A stretch of 63,722 nucleotides of DNA, the filler included. It is 6 parts of 6 records of this genome, joined end to end, with 100 filler letters (N's around TTAATTAATTAA, not from the genome) between each part and the next. Parts side by side here need not be neighbours in the genome. Positions count along the whole stretch, not along the records: positions 7,662 to 33,386 come from SRR31147125_13812; 5 more parts are not named here. One strand, given 5' to 3'. Both the position numbers and the translations under genes were made by a program. Below, piece by piece: positions 7,995 through 18,269 of this stretch (positions are counted from its first letter, which is position 1; each line of letters begins with the position of its first letter). Under the pieces are notes generated by a model. The model was not told where the DNA came from. It was given only the letters and a program-made list of their open reading frames with translations, and did no database searches.

Positions 7995-10655
7995 CTATAA
8001 CGTGAACCAATAATTACATTTGACCAGAAACACATTTTCGGAATAGAGAGAAAACAATTTATCTGTATTGTGGCGAATTGAATTATTGGTTACATCAGCA
8101 CGATCGGAACGACCTTGTGTCCACACCAGGAAAAATGTAGAACTTGGTTTGTATTCCCAACGAAGCACCAGATTCGAACGAAATTCGCGATAGTTGAAAT
8201 CCGGGTTATCAAATTCATAATCATAGATATCGTCTGCGTTTTCATCTACCTGATAAGTATTCTCATCTCGATTGTAGGTCAACTCATCATTGGAATAGAG
8301 GTGAAAGAGATCATTATAATTGCGGGCACCAGGATCCGTAATATTTTTCAGATTTGAATATTGTCCCAGTGAGACATACATATTACCGTAATACTGTATG
8401 GTCAGTTCCGGGGACAACGCAAAATCAAGACGCATCGTCAGCCCCAGAGTTCTGCGGTCCAGTTGACCGAGAATATATCTTTTATCCGTGCCAAAATCAA
8501 TATCAGAAACATATTGAAAATAATCACGATTATCAGAATATTCCAATTCGGAGGTTAAAATCAAGCCATTAGTAATCTTGTATTGTATCTCGGGTATAAT
8601 TTGACTAACCTTTGATAACTTGTCGTCATAAATGTGAAAATGGTAACTCACTCGATAGCCAAATTTTTTAGAGTAATCTGATCCTATACTGTATCTCTGA
8701 TGTAGAAAACCCTGAAGACGAAGTCCCGGCCCACCTCGCAACAGCCGTGGATCGAACTCATCACTGCTTCTCAGGATGCTACCGGTAAACCTCCATTTAT
8801 TTTGAAACCTTGAAACAATATTTAAAAATGTCCTCGAATTCAAAAAAGTCCCGCTATAATCCCAGTTATTACCATAACTGAGCGACGTGTTGATAGAGCG
8901 AAAACAGAAAAACGGATCTGTTACAACATATGCAACTTTTGTTTCCTGGGAAAGTTGATCCGCTTGCGTAAGGTAACCGATATCATTCAATTCCAAACCT
9001 GGCGAACGCCAGTTCACTGTCTCTGAAAACCGCCAGCGGCCATTTGCACCCTTGCCAAAAGCAATCCTGCCACCCTGTCCCAGGAGCTGCGTCCGCGTGC
9101 TATCAAGTTCAACGTGCTCGGCATCCGGTCGCTGATAGTAGTGTATCGAAGCTTGCTGCAATTCCGAGATCGCTTCCTGCGAACCCTGGACCTGACTGAA
9201 AACTGTCTTGATATCAAGAAAATACGTCTTGTCCCTCCAGTGGTGGCGGAAATCAACGCCTCCGGTATAAGCAGCATCAGGTAGAAAATTCAAATGGTTC
9301 TCTTTGATTCGACGATTTGTAGAGGTAAGCATACCTCCGATAACGGTATTGCCAAGATTATAATCTTTTTGAATACGACCAACCAGGTAATGCGTAAATG
9401 GTTCGACTGTCTGCCTGGATCGATGATTGTTTGTATAAATTCCCGCATTTTCTTCAGCAGTCATACTTTCGACAATCCCGAGTGACAATCCATTTCTGGT
9501 TTTTCCGGTCACTTTGATTGCACTGATAATCGAGGTGTTTTCAGGTTTTTCAGCATATTCGTTATCATCCAGATCAGGGGAATAAGCGGGAGTATGGCCA
9601 ATGCGTCGTGAATAAAAAAGCACATTGTCACCCATATCAAAATCGAGTATGTTTTTACCTTCAAGAAAGAAAGGCCGTTTCTCCTGGTAAAAAGTTTCGA
9701 AAGCCGTCAGATTCAATTCAGCCGGATCAGCCTCTACCTGGCCGAAATCCGGATTAACGGTAAAATCCATTATAAAATCACTGCTCAAACCGATTTTGCC
9801 ATCGAGCCCGATATTTAAAGCAGAATCATGTCCGGTGGCGAATGGATTACCAATCTCTTTTTCAAAAGTCTTTATTTTAGCGACACTATAAGGTAAAATT
9901 TCAATTCGACGTTTTTGTCCGATACCTTCAATACCGACGAGTTCACCGAAATTGTACAACATTCCTGCACCATCCCGGGGAATCAGGCTCCATTGATCTT
10001 CCTCCTGGTTTCGGTTTATCCAGCGCCAGGCATGCAATCCCCATACATGTTTGTCCTTATTGCCATATCGAAGCTGATTTAGCGGGATTTGCATCTCAGC
10101 GGTCCAACTGGAATCCTGATGTGCCACTTTACCATACCAGACAGCATCCCAATCCGTATCAAAATCATTGTTAAGCAGTACCAAATCTAATTTTCCACCA
10201 GCAGCAGTAATATCAAACTCAAAGCCGGTTCGATGATCAAAATAACTGTCAAAACAAATCCCAACCATATCTCCTTTGAATGTATCCCGACGCCCCAGCT
10301 GCTTATCGATTTTTTCAGGTTCATCATCATAAGCACGGATCGCAACATAGATATTGGCATCATCATAAAGGATTTTTAATTCTGTTTCCTGGCTTGGTTT
10401 TGCGCCTTCCACAGGCATCATCTGTGTATAGGATCCTGCCCACTGTCCTTCAGACCAACAAGGATCATTCAGATGACCATCGATTTTGGGTGGATTCGTT
10501 TTAATTCTTTGAGTATAATATGTTCGATTACCTGATTTTTCGACAAAAACAGTTGTGTCCACTGAACTTTGACTCGCGGTAATTTTTGTCATTAATAAAA
10601 TTAAAAGTAAAAGATTCCAGTTTTCTAATCCTTTCCTTTTCCATGGCATTCTCAT
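7995..10655 (-). CDS. CBM9-like / DUF5916 domain secreted (probably outer-membrane) protein
   Basis: PPKIDGHLND, WTAEMQIP, TVNPDFGQVEAD, EKRPFFLEG, LFYSRRIG; aromatic C-terminus. Confidence 0.85.
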   Translation of the reverse strand: MRMPWKRKGLENWNLLLLILLMTKITASQSSVDTTVFVEKSGNRTYYTQRIKTNPPKIDGHLNDPCWSEGQWAGSYTQMMPVEGAKPSQETELKILYDDANIYVAIRAYDDEPEKIDKQLGRRDTFKGDMVGICFDSYFDHRTGFEFDITAAGGKLDLVLLNNDFDTDWDAVWYGKVAHQDSSWTAEMQIPLNQLRYGNKDKHVWGLHAWRWINRNQEEDQWSLIPRDGAGMLYNFGELVGIEGIGQKRRIEILPYSVAKIKTFEKEIGNPFATGHDSALNIGLDGKIGLSSDFIMDFTVNPDFGQVEADPAELNLTAFETFYQEKRPFFLEGKNILDFDMGDNVLFYSRRIGHTPAYSPDLDDNEYAEKPENTSIISAIKVTGKTRNGLSLGIVESMTAEENAGIYTNNHRSRQTVEPFTHYLVGRIQKDYNLGNTVIGGMLTSTNRRIKENHLNFLPDAAYTGGVDFRHHWRDKTYFLDIKTVFSQVQGSQEAISELQQASIHYYQRPDAEHVELDSTRTQLLGQGGRIAFGKGANGRWRFSETVNWRSPGLELNDIGYLTQADQLSQETKVAYVVTDPFFCFRSINTSLSYGNNWDYSGTFLNSRTFLNIVSRFQNKWRFTGSILRSSDEFDPRLLRGGPGLRLQGFLHQRYSIGSDYSKKFGYRVSYHFHIYDDKLSKVSQIIPEIQYKITNGLILTSELEYSDNRDYFQYVSDIDFGTDKRYILGQLDRRTLGLTMRLDFALSPELTIQYYGNMYVSLGQYSNLKNITDPGARNYNDLFHLYSNDELTYNRDENTYQVDENADDIYDYEFDNPDFNYREFRSNLVLRWEYKPSSTFFLVWTQGRSDRADVTNNSIRHNTDKLFSLYSENVFLVKCNYWFTL

Positions 10656-11404
10656 TAAAATCGTTCCTTCCAGGTATTCCTATATCACTTGAAAATAGAA
10701 GTAAGATATTATATAAATCTCCCCCAAAACACTTTATTGACCACTTAAAAAGGTCATGTTAAATTTTCCCCTCATTCAAACGTAATATAGCATATTAATT
10801 CGCAAAAATAAATCATTGAAACTTTTAATTACAATGTTTTTTTGAATAATGCTGAAAAGACAATTTTCTTTATATTTAAACATGCATTATCCATAGACCT
10901 GAACAAATATAAACGAAGGGATTGCCAGAATTATCTTCAGCAACAACTTGATTGTATTGAAAAGGAAAAAACTGTATACCAGATGTCATGCATTCGTCAC
11001 AAACCGGAGTTGTGCTGTAGTAGGTATCGCTCCGCAGATTAAATAACATGAGGCGTCAGACTTTAAACTTTGTTTGTCGAGGAAAAATATATCAGAAATC
11101 ACTATAGATATTACGGCCGTTAAAATCAATTACACTATTTTTTAAAAAACACTTTTTAAAGAAGTAATTGTTTTGTATTTTTTTATAGCTGTTTCCTTAA
11201 GCAAAACCTCAGTAGCAAGTGGTCAATAAGTCGCAGGAAGGAGCTACTTTAAAGAGAAAATAGCTTTTTTATGAACTAACCATATTAAAAATAAACGCTG
11301 GGAAAATCATTTTTCATCAGATCCGAGGCCAGAAATCAATTCATTTTTGTAAAAAATTATATTATAAAGTACAGTAACTATAATAAAAAAAAGGGTGTAC
11401 AAGA

Positions 11405-13814
11405 ATGAACTACAAAATGAATCTGTTCGCAATTTTGATTTTTTTATTTCCATATTTCTGCCATTCCCAATCCGTTCCGCCTGAAGGATTTGTTCATATC
11501 AAGGCAGGGACATTCCACAGTGGTGACATTTTAACAGCTAAAAACAGACCATTGGTTCGTGTAGATGACTTTGACATGCTGGATCATCCGGTCACGAATG
11601 AAGAATATAAGCGATTCATTGATGCAACAGGATATCCTGCTCCACTGCACTGGGAAAACAATCAAATTCCCGCCAAAAAAGAAAATTATCCGGTCATTTT
11701 TGTTAATCGGCATGATGTGGATGAATACCTGAATTGGTTGACAAAAAGGGATGGTCGCATCTATCGTCTGCCAACGACTGTTGAGTTTGAGTATGCATCC
11801 AGAGGCGGTTTTGCTGATAAAAAATATCCCTGGGGTGACGCAGATCCTGCATCCAGAGCCAATTTTGATTCTAAAGCAAAACGACAATTTAATGAATGGC
11901 AAAAATATCTAAAACCGGCACGTTACAATAAACCGAACAGCTATGGGCTATATGGAATGGCAGGTAATGTGTGGCATCTCACGGTAAATCTGTTGGATCC
12001 GGCAACAACGCGCTTTAAATATCGTATCACCAAAGTGCCAACGCTTGAAGGCAGCAGAATGGGTGGTTCCTGGGCACGCAGCGCTGAATATCTGCGTTGC
12101 GGGAATGTGTCGGAATTTCATCCGGAATTCGTCATCCTGATGCCGGATTCCGGCCTATTCGACAGCCCAAAGGAACAGATTGGTTTATTCAATCACGAAA
12201 ACTTTGTGCTACAATTAGTGCTGGTGGGAAGGTGTTCCTGAGTTGGGCACTATTGGCAGATGATACACAGGATATTCAATTTGATGTCTATCGTACAACA
12301 TCACGCAATCATGCCGGTTTTAAAATAAACAAGCAACCCGTATCGGGTTCATCTTGCTACATCGACGAAAATGTAGAAACAGGTGAGCGATATCACTATT
12401 ATATCCGGTCACATGCTAAAAACGGTAAAGTACGGCGTTCTGAATGGGTTGGCATCACAGTAAAAGGAGAAGCAACCGGGGAAGTCGTTTCATTCCATCC
12501 TGTTTACAAGCAAGGTAGTCTGGCTCCTGTGTTTGGCGATCTAAACGGCGATGGTAGTCTGGATTGTGTTATCCGGCTCAGCAACGGCAATCACGAGATG
12601 TCACAGGATCCGGGTATCCCTGTTCAACTGGAAGCATTTAGTTCTTTTGGCCGTTCTCTGTGGCGTAAAGATATATGTTACCATGATCATTGTTATGGAA
12701 GTGCCTCTAATGTCCCGTTTAATGTATGGGATATGGATGCTGATAACAAGGCAGAAATTATCACCCGCATGCAAATTGGGGACTCGGTTTATGTAGCGAT
12801 TCTGGACGGCATGACCGGTCGCGTTAAAATGAAAACGCCCTGGCCAAACATGGCCACAGATTTTCAACGGTCATCCACGCGCATCCATCTTTCTATCGCC
12901 TATCTGGATGGTGTAAATCCGGCAATTATTACGCAGACAGGACTATATGAAAATGAAGTGTTTGTTGCATTTGATGCAGATCTAAAAAAACTCTGGCAAT
13001 TTAACAGCTTTGCCGAGACCAATGGCAGTGCCGGGCACAAAATTGAAGTGGCTGATGTTGATGGCGATGGCAGACAGGAAGTTTTTAACGGCACTACCTG
13101 TTTAAACCATGATGGTACCATCCGATGGTCCATTTATCGGCAGCATCCGGATATCGTTTCCATTCAGAATTATTTACCGGACCGTCCCGGACTCGAAGTA
13201 TTCTACATTGTTGAGTCAAACGCACATGCCGGCGCTTATATGGTTGACGCAAATTCCGGCGAGATCATCTGGAAAGTAAACCGCGAGGACGATCCACGTT
13301 GGACGCATGGCCACTATGGTTGGACGGCAGATATATGGAGTGGCTCCCTGGAATTGAATGTGTATCTAATCGTGCCGGGCATCGTGACCGAACCCTGGTT
13401 CTTTTTTCGGCTAACGGCAAAATATTACTTGAACCGTTCCCGAATGGTTATTCCCCAATCGAATGGAATGGTGATCCCATTCGTGAATTGGTGAGTAACA
13501 ACGGTCACAGTATCGGCACGTTTGATGGAAAAAGCGTTGTTAATTTTGTCGATGTCGAGCCAAATAAAATAGAAAATAGCAGTCTGCTCATGGTTGCTGA
13601 TCTGTATGGTGATTTCCGGGACGAGCTCGTTTTGAGAACCACAACAGATAAAGGTGGAGCAGCAATCACCATCGTGACAGCTATGGAGCCATTAAATAAA
13701 ATGTTTGTTACTCCAACAGTAAATCCTGATTACCGGTTGTGGCTGGCGCGAAATATGGGAGGCGGTTATCGATCAGTCTATGAACAACCGTTAATTGAGC
13801 TTCAAAACAAGTAA
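11405..13814 (+). CDS. Secreted FGE-sulfatase (SUMF1-like) domain + rhamnogalacturonan lyase PL11-like fusion, split by two frameshifts (~12110, ~13350)
   Basis: VTNEEY, YRLPTTVEFEYASRGG, YGLYGMAGNVW; continues in frame 2 with GFRP, VFLSW, GDLNGDG, DVDGDGRQE, HPD; frame 3 has ADLYGDFRDELV. Confidence 0.75.
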
Positions 13815-13903
13815 ATTGTTTATACCTGAATTTCTTTTGAATGTCTTGTGTTTCACAGAAAGAAATGACAGACAACCATCTCTATCATTAATCTTAAAAC
13901 CGG

Positions 13904-14371
13904 ATGAAGAATATGTCGCGAACGCTTGTTTTAGGCATTGGCAATTTGTTGATGGGAGATGAAGGAATCGGGGTACATCTTGTGAAATATATTGACAAGC
14001 ATTTTGAACTCCCAGACATGAATATTGTCGATGGAGGTACCGGCGGATTTCATTTACTGGATTATTTCCTGTCTCACGATACGGTCGTCATAATTGACGC
14101 GATTATGAATGGTAAGGAACCTGGCACGATTCGTATTCTTACGCCAAAATTTTCCTCTGATTATCCGACAACATTGACAGCCCATGATGTCGGATTAAAG
14201 GATGTTCTGGATGCTCTCTACCTTTTACAAAATATACCCCGAATTATCTTGTTTGCCATATCCATTAAAAAATTGGATAGAGTGAGCCTGCAGCTCAGTG
14301 ATGAACTGCAAGCCAAATTACAAACCATTGCTGACCAGATTATACATAAACTCAAGATGGATTATTTTTAA
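13904..14371 (+). CDS. hyaD: Hydrogenase maturation endopeptidase (HyaD/HybD family)
   Basis: LVLGIGNLLMGDEGIG, DGGTGG, IIDA, TAHDVGL. Confidence 0.93.
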   Translation: MKNMSRTLVLGIGNLLMGDEGIGVHLVKYIDKHFELPDMNIVDGGTGGFHLLDYFLSHDTVVIIDAIMNGKEPGTIRILTPKFSSDYPTTLTAHDVGLKDVLDALYLLQNIPRIILFAISIKKLDRVSLQLSDELQAKLQTIADQIIHKLKMDYF

Positions 14372-15048
14372 TCCTTTTTTTCGATAAATTTCCAGCCACC
14401 AATCATGGAAGAGGTGGTCCCACGCTCTTCGATATAGTCATGATAAAAAACCAAATAGATATGAATTATAGCAAAAATGATAAAAAACCACATCATGGCA
14501 TGATGTAACTGCCGGACCGCAAAATCACCACCCAAAAGTGGCACAATCCAGGCAAAGAGCTTTGGGAACCAGCTTTTACTCATGGCCGAATACAATCCAA
14601 AACCGGTTATCGCCTGAGATAAAAAAGCCAAAAAAGTGAGAAAATAAGTAAAACCAGCCAGTGCATTATGTCCGACGGATTTCAGGGGCCTTTTACAAAT
14701 TTGTAACACATCCAGACATAACACATGGAAAATCTCCTTCCATTGGCTCCATTTGAATGGAATAAAATTTTCCCAATGGGCATAGCGATTACCCACAAAT
14801 CCCCAGTAAATACGAAACAAAAAATTAAAGAAAAAGACAAAAGCAAACACAAAGTGTATAAATCGAATCGTTCCAAACCAGTATTGATTTGACGCTTCAG
14901 TAGAACTGTGAATAGCTAACGGCTGGCCGATTAAATAGCCTGTAATAGATAAGACAACAATACACAAGGCATTGATCCAATGATAAAACCGGACAGGTAA
15001 TTGCCACACATAAACCTGGTAATATTCAGCATATTTTGTTTCTGCCAT
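14368..15048 (-). CDS. hyaC: Ni/Fe-hydrogenase b-type cytochrome subunit
   Basis: VWQLPVRFYHW, RFIHF, GHNALA, RQLHH...IHIY heme ligands. Confidence 0.95.
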   Translation of the reverse strand: MAETKYAEYYQVYVWQLPVRFYHWINALCIVVLSITGYLIGQPLAIHSSTEASNQYWFGTIRFIHFVFAFVFFFNFLFRIYWGFVGNRYAHWENFIPFKWSQWKEIFHVLCLDVLQICKRPLKSVGHNALAGFTYFLTFLAFLSQAITGFGLYSAMSKSWFPKLFAWIVPLLGGDFAVRQLHHAMMWFFIIFAIIHIYLVFYHDYIEERGTTSSMIGGWKFIEKKD

Positions 15049-15059
15049 TGTTCACCCTC

Positions 15060-16781
15060 CTAATAGAATTTGATCCGGTTAACTTGTTTTCCTTCAGGAT
15101 CAAAGAGATGAACAGCACAGGCGATGCAGGGATCAAAGGAATGAACCGTACGCAAAATCTCCAAAGGTTTTTCAGAATCGGCAATGGGGGTGTCCAGGAG
15201 TGAGGTTTCATAAGCGGAACGGTTACCATGAGCATCCCGCGGCGACGCATTCCAGGTACTGGGCACAATGAGTTGATAGTTTTCAATTTTTTCATCTTTA
15301 ATTTTAATCCAGTGTGCCAGTGCACCTCGGGGAGCTTCGGAAAGTCCAACACCTTGTACTTCTTTTGGCCAGGATCCGGGCTTCCATTTATCCGGATTAA
15401 ACAGCCGTGTATCTCCATTTTTTATGTTGGTTACAAACTGGTTGTAAAATTCTTTCATCCAGTGGCCGATAAGTCGGGTTTCCAATCCACGTGCCGCGGT
15501 TCGACCCAACGTTGAAAACAGAGCTGTGACAGGTGCATCCAATTTGGTTAACGCTTCCTGAATGACGTCCTTAACATCCGTATGGCCTGATGCATAAGCA
15601 ATGAGCAGTCTCGCTAACGGACCGACCTCCATGGGCTGATCTTTCCAACGCGGTGTTTTAAGCCAGCTGTATTTGTTTTCCACATCGAGTTGATCATAGG
15701 GTGGTTGAGGACCGGTATAATTAAATTCTGTTTCTCCTTCCCAGGGATGCAGGGAATTATTTTGTCCCTGACTGTATTTGTACCAGGAATGAGTGACATA
15801 CTCGCGAACCTGCTCCGGGTCATCCCCTTTTACTTCATAGACCTCATTCAGATTACGATCTAAAATGGCACCACGAGGAAATTTAAAACTACCCGGATCA
15901 TTATAACCATGCACAGGTAAATCGCCATATGCTAAATAATTTTTCAAACCACCGCCAATAAAAAACCAATCCTTGTAAAAAGATGCCACAGCCAATAAAT
16001 CCGGAATATAAACCTGCTCAATAAATTCAATTGCTTCATCTATCAAAGTACCCACGTAGGCGAGACGTTCTGCATTCAGTGCCATGGCATCATCCGGATT
16101 AACAGAACAGGGTGCGCCGCCAACCAAATAATTTGGATGGGGATTTTTACCACCAAAAATGGTGTGCACTTTGACAATTTCTTTTTGCCACTCCAATGCT
16201 TCCAGATAATGGGCTACACCGAGAAGATTCACCTCAGGTGGCAATTTATACGCAGAGTGTCCCCAATATCCTTTTGCGAAAATACCCAGTTGGCCACTTT
16301 CAACAAACGATTTAATACGATTCTGAACATCCCGAAAATATTTGGGCGAACTTTTGGGCCAATTCGATATGCTGTGAGCTATTTGGGCGGTTTCATTAGG
16401 ATCTGCTTTAAGGGCATTGACAACATCGACCCAATCCAGAGCGTGGAGATGATAAAAATGCACCACATGGTCCTGCAGGTATTGGGCACAGAACATAAGA
16501 TTACGGACCAGTTCGGCATTTGGTGGTACGGTAATATTTAATGCATTTTCAACAGTTCGCACCGATGCCAGGGCATGAACAGTTGTACACACACCACATA
16601 CACGTTCGGCAAAAGCCCAGGCATCACGCGGGTCACGACCACGCATGATCAGTTCGAATCCGCGAACCATTGTACCGGCCGAATAAGCATCTGCCACTTT
16701 ACCATTTGATATTTCTGCTTCGATACGAAGATGACCCTCAATGCGGGTTATGGGATCAATGACAATTCGTTGCGCCATCAT
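15060..16781 (-). CDS. hyaB: [NiFe]-hydrogenase large subunit (group 1, 1d-like)
   Basis: DPITRIEGH; L1 ERVCGVCTTVH; L2 SFDPCIACAVH; C-terminal cleavable tail. Confidence 0.96.
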   Translation of the reverse strand: MMAQRIVIDPITRIEGHLRIEAEISNGKVADAYSAGTMVRGFELIMRGRDPRDAWAFAERVCGVCTTVHALASVRTVENALNITVPPNAELVRNLMFCAQYLQDHVVHFYHLHALDWVDVVNALKADPNETAQIAHSISNWPKSSPKYFRDVQNRIKSFVESGQLGIFAKGYWGHSAYKLPPEVNLLGVAHYLEALEWQKEIVKVHTIFGGKNPHPNYLVGGAPCSVNPDDAMALNAERLAYVGTLIDEAIEFIEQVYIPDLLAVASFYKDWFFIGGGLKNYLAYGDLPVHGYNDPGSFKFPRGAILDRNLNEVYEVKGDDPEQVREYVTHSWYKYSQGQNNSLHPWEGETEFNYTGPQPPYDQLDVENKYSWLKTPRWKDQPMEVGPLARLLIAYASGHTDVKDVIQEALTKLDAPVTALFSTLGRTAARGLETRLIGHWMKEFYNQFVTNIKNGDTRLFNPDKWKPGSWPKEVQGVGLSEAPRGALAHWIKIKDEKIENYQLIVPSTWNASPRDAHGNRSAYETSLLDTPIADSEKPLEILRTVHSFDPCIACAVHLFDPEGKQVNRIKFY

Positions 16782-17914
16782 TCACCTCCTTCCTGCTTGC
16801 CTGCAGGATCAATGTTGTCATCTTTGAGGCTATGCTCCATTTCACTTTTGATAATTTTACGCTTGCGAATGTTGGTTGTTATGGCATGAGCGGCAATGCC
16901 AGCCAGTGTTGCGCCACCAACTATGGTTCCAATTTTATCTGCGGTCGTTTCGATACCAAAACCAGGGAACGAAGCCAAATGTTGATAAAACGGTCCGTTA
17001 TCCCAAAAATTCGCCTCGCTACAACCAATACAGCCATGACCGGATTGAATTGGATAACTCACCCCATTATTCCAGCGCATAATACCACAAGCATTATAAG
17101 TAACAGGTCCCCGGCATCCCATCTTGTAAAGACAAAAACCTTTCCTGGCATTATCATCATCAAATGTTTCAACAAACAAACCAGCATCGTAGAAAGGACG
17201 TCGGTAACAGGAATCGTGCACCCGTTTAGAATAAAATGCCTTTGGCCGCCCCAATCCATCCAATTGCGGGATACGGTCAAAAGCCAACAGGTGAACAATG
17301 ACACCTGTCATCACTTCAGCGATGGGTGGACATCCGGGAATATTCACGACGGGTTTGTTGGTGATAATTTTATGAATGGGTGTTGCTCCTGTGGGATTCG
17401 GATTGGCTGCCTGGATACAGCCGTTGGAAGCACAACTACCCCAGGACAGAATCGCCTTTGCACCCTCGGCCGCTTCCCTGACAGTATCCAGCGCCGTTCT
17501 GCCAGCAATGGTACAGTAAATGCCACCATCTTTGGTGGGAACAGATCCTTCCACGGTCATGATGTATTCGCCTTTAAACTTTTGCATGGTTTCATGCAAC
17601 GCTTCTTCTGCCTGGTGTCCGGCAGCTGCTTGCAGTGTTTCGGTATAATCCAGGGATATTTTGTCCAGTATAACATCAGCAACAAGGGGATGAGAGGAAC
17701 GAATAAAAGATTCACTGCAACACGTACATTCCTGAAAATGAAACCAGACAACGGGCGGACGGGGTTTGGATTCAAGTGCCTTTGCAACCTGCGGTATTGC
17801 CGTTGAGGAGAGGCCGGTTGCAGCCGTAATATAGGCACAAAACTGTAAAAATTCCCGACGGGAACAGCCTCGATCCCGCATTTTGTCCCAAAGTGAATCA
17901 GGGCGATCAGGCAT
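16778..17914 (-). CDS. hyaA: [NiFe]-hydrogenase small subunit, Tat-exported, with supernumerary cysteines
   Basis: SRREFLQ Tat motif; ECTCCSES and GSCASNGC; C-terminal TM anchor. Confidence 0.96.
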   Translation of the reverse strand: MPDRPDSLWDKMRDRGCSRREFLQFCAYITAATGLSSTAIPQVAKALESKPRPPVVWFHFQECTCCSESFIRSSHPLVADVILDKISLDYTETLQAAAGHQAEEALHETMQKFKGEYIMTVEGSVPTKDGGIYCTIAGRTALDTVREAAEGAKAILSWGSCASNGCIQAANPNPTGATPIHKIITNKPVVNIPGCPPIAEVMTGVIVHLLAFDRIPQLDGLGRPKAFYSKRVHDSCYRRPFYDAGLFVETFDDDNARKGFCLYKMGCRGPVTYNACGIMRWNNGVSYPIQSGHGCIGCSEANFWDNGPFYQHLASFPGFGIETTADKIGTIVGGATLAGIAAHAITTNIRKRKIIKSEMEHSLKDDNIDPAGKQEGGE

Positions 17915-18269
17915 ATTTCACCTCCTGGTTAATTTATGTTATGTTACATAATTATCCCTATGGAGATAGGTAGCACCTTTGCCGTTTGAGTTGTATCGAA
18001 CGATTCACTGAAAAGACAAAAAACGCGTTACAAAAGGAATCAGTAGAAAATAAGAGTGGAGAAAAGCATTGAGGTTTTCAATAAAATAATCAAATTAACA
18101 AAAGTGTCAATAGTAAATTTAATAAAAATGAGGGGAATGCCACATTTTCAAATATGTTGATTGTATCAATAGATAGTTACCGAAATGTGACATACCCAAT
18201 AATCAATTACCTGCAGAACAATCCTTTACTCTTTTTACGTATATTTTTCATACTCTTACACTATTGTGT

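Noticed and set aside
10842-11042. 66-aa ORF in the divergent intergenic region
   Set aside because: TTG start, no RBS and no recognisable motif
11405-12241. FGE/C-type-lectin-fold domain as a diversity-generating retroelement target
   Set aside because: No reverse transcriptase and no template/variable repeat pair seen in the contig
16832-17806. 324-aa antisense ORF over hyaA
   Set aside because: Shadow ORF of a well-supported gene with no recognisable motifs
18157-18169. FNR-like box upstream of the hydrogenase operon
   Set aside because: TTGAT-N3-ATCAA has a 3-nt spacer instead of the required 4 nt
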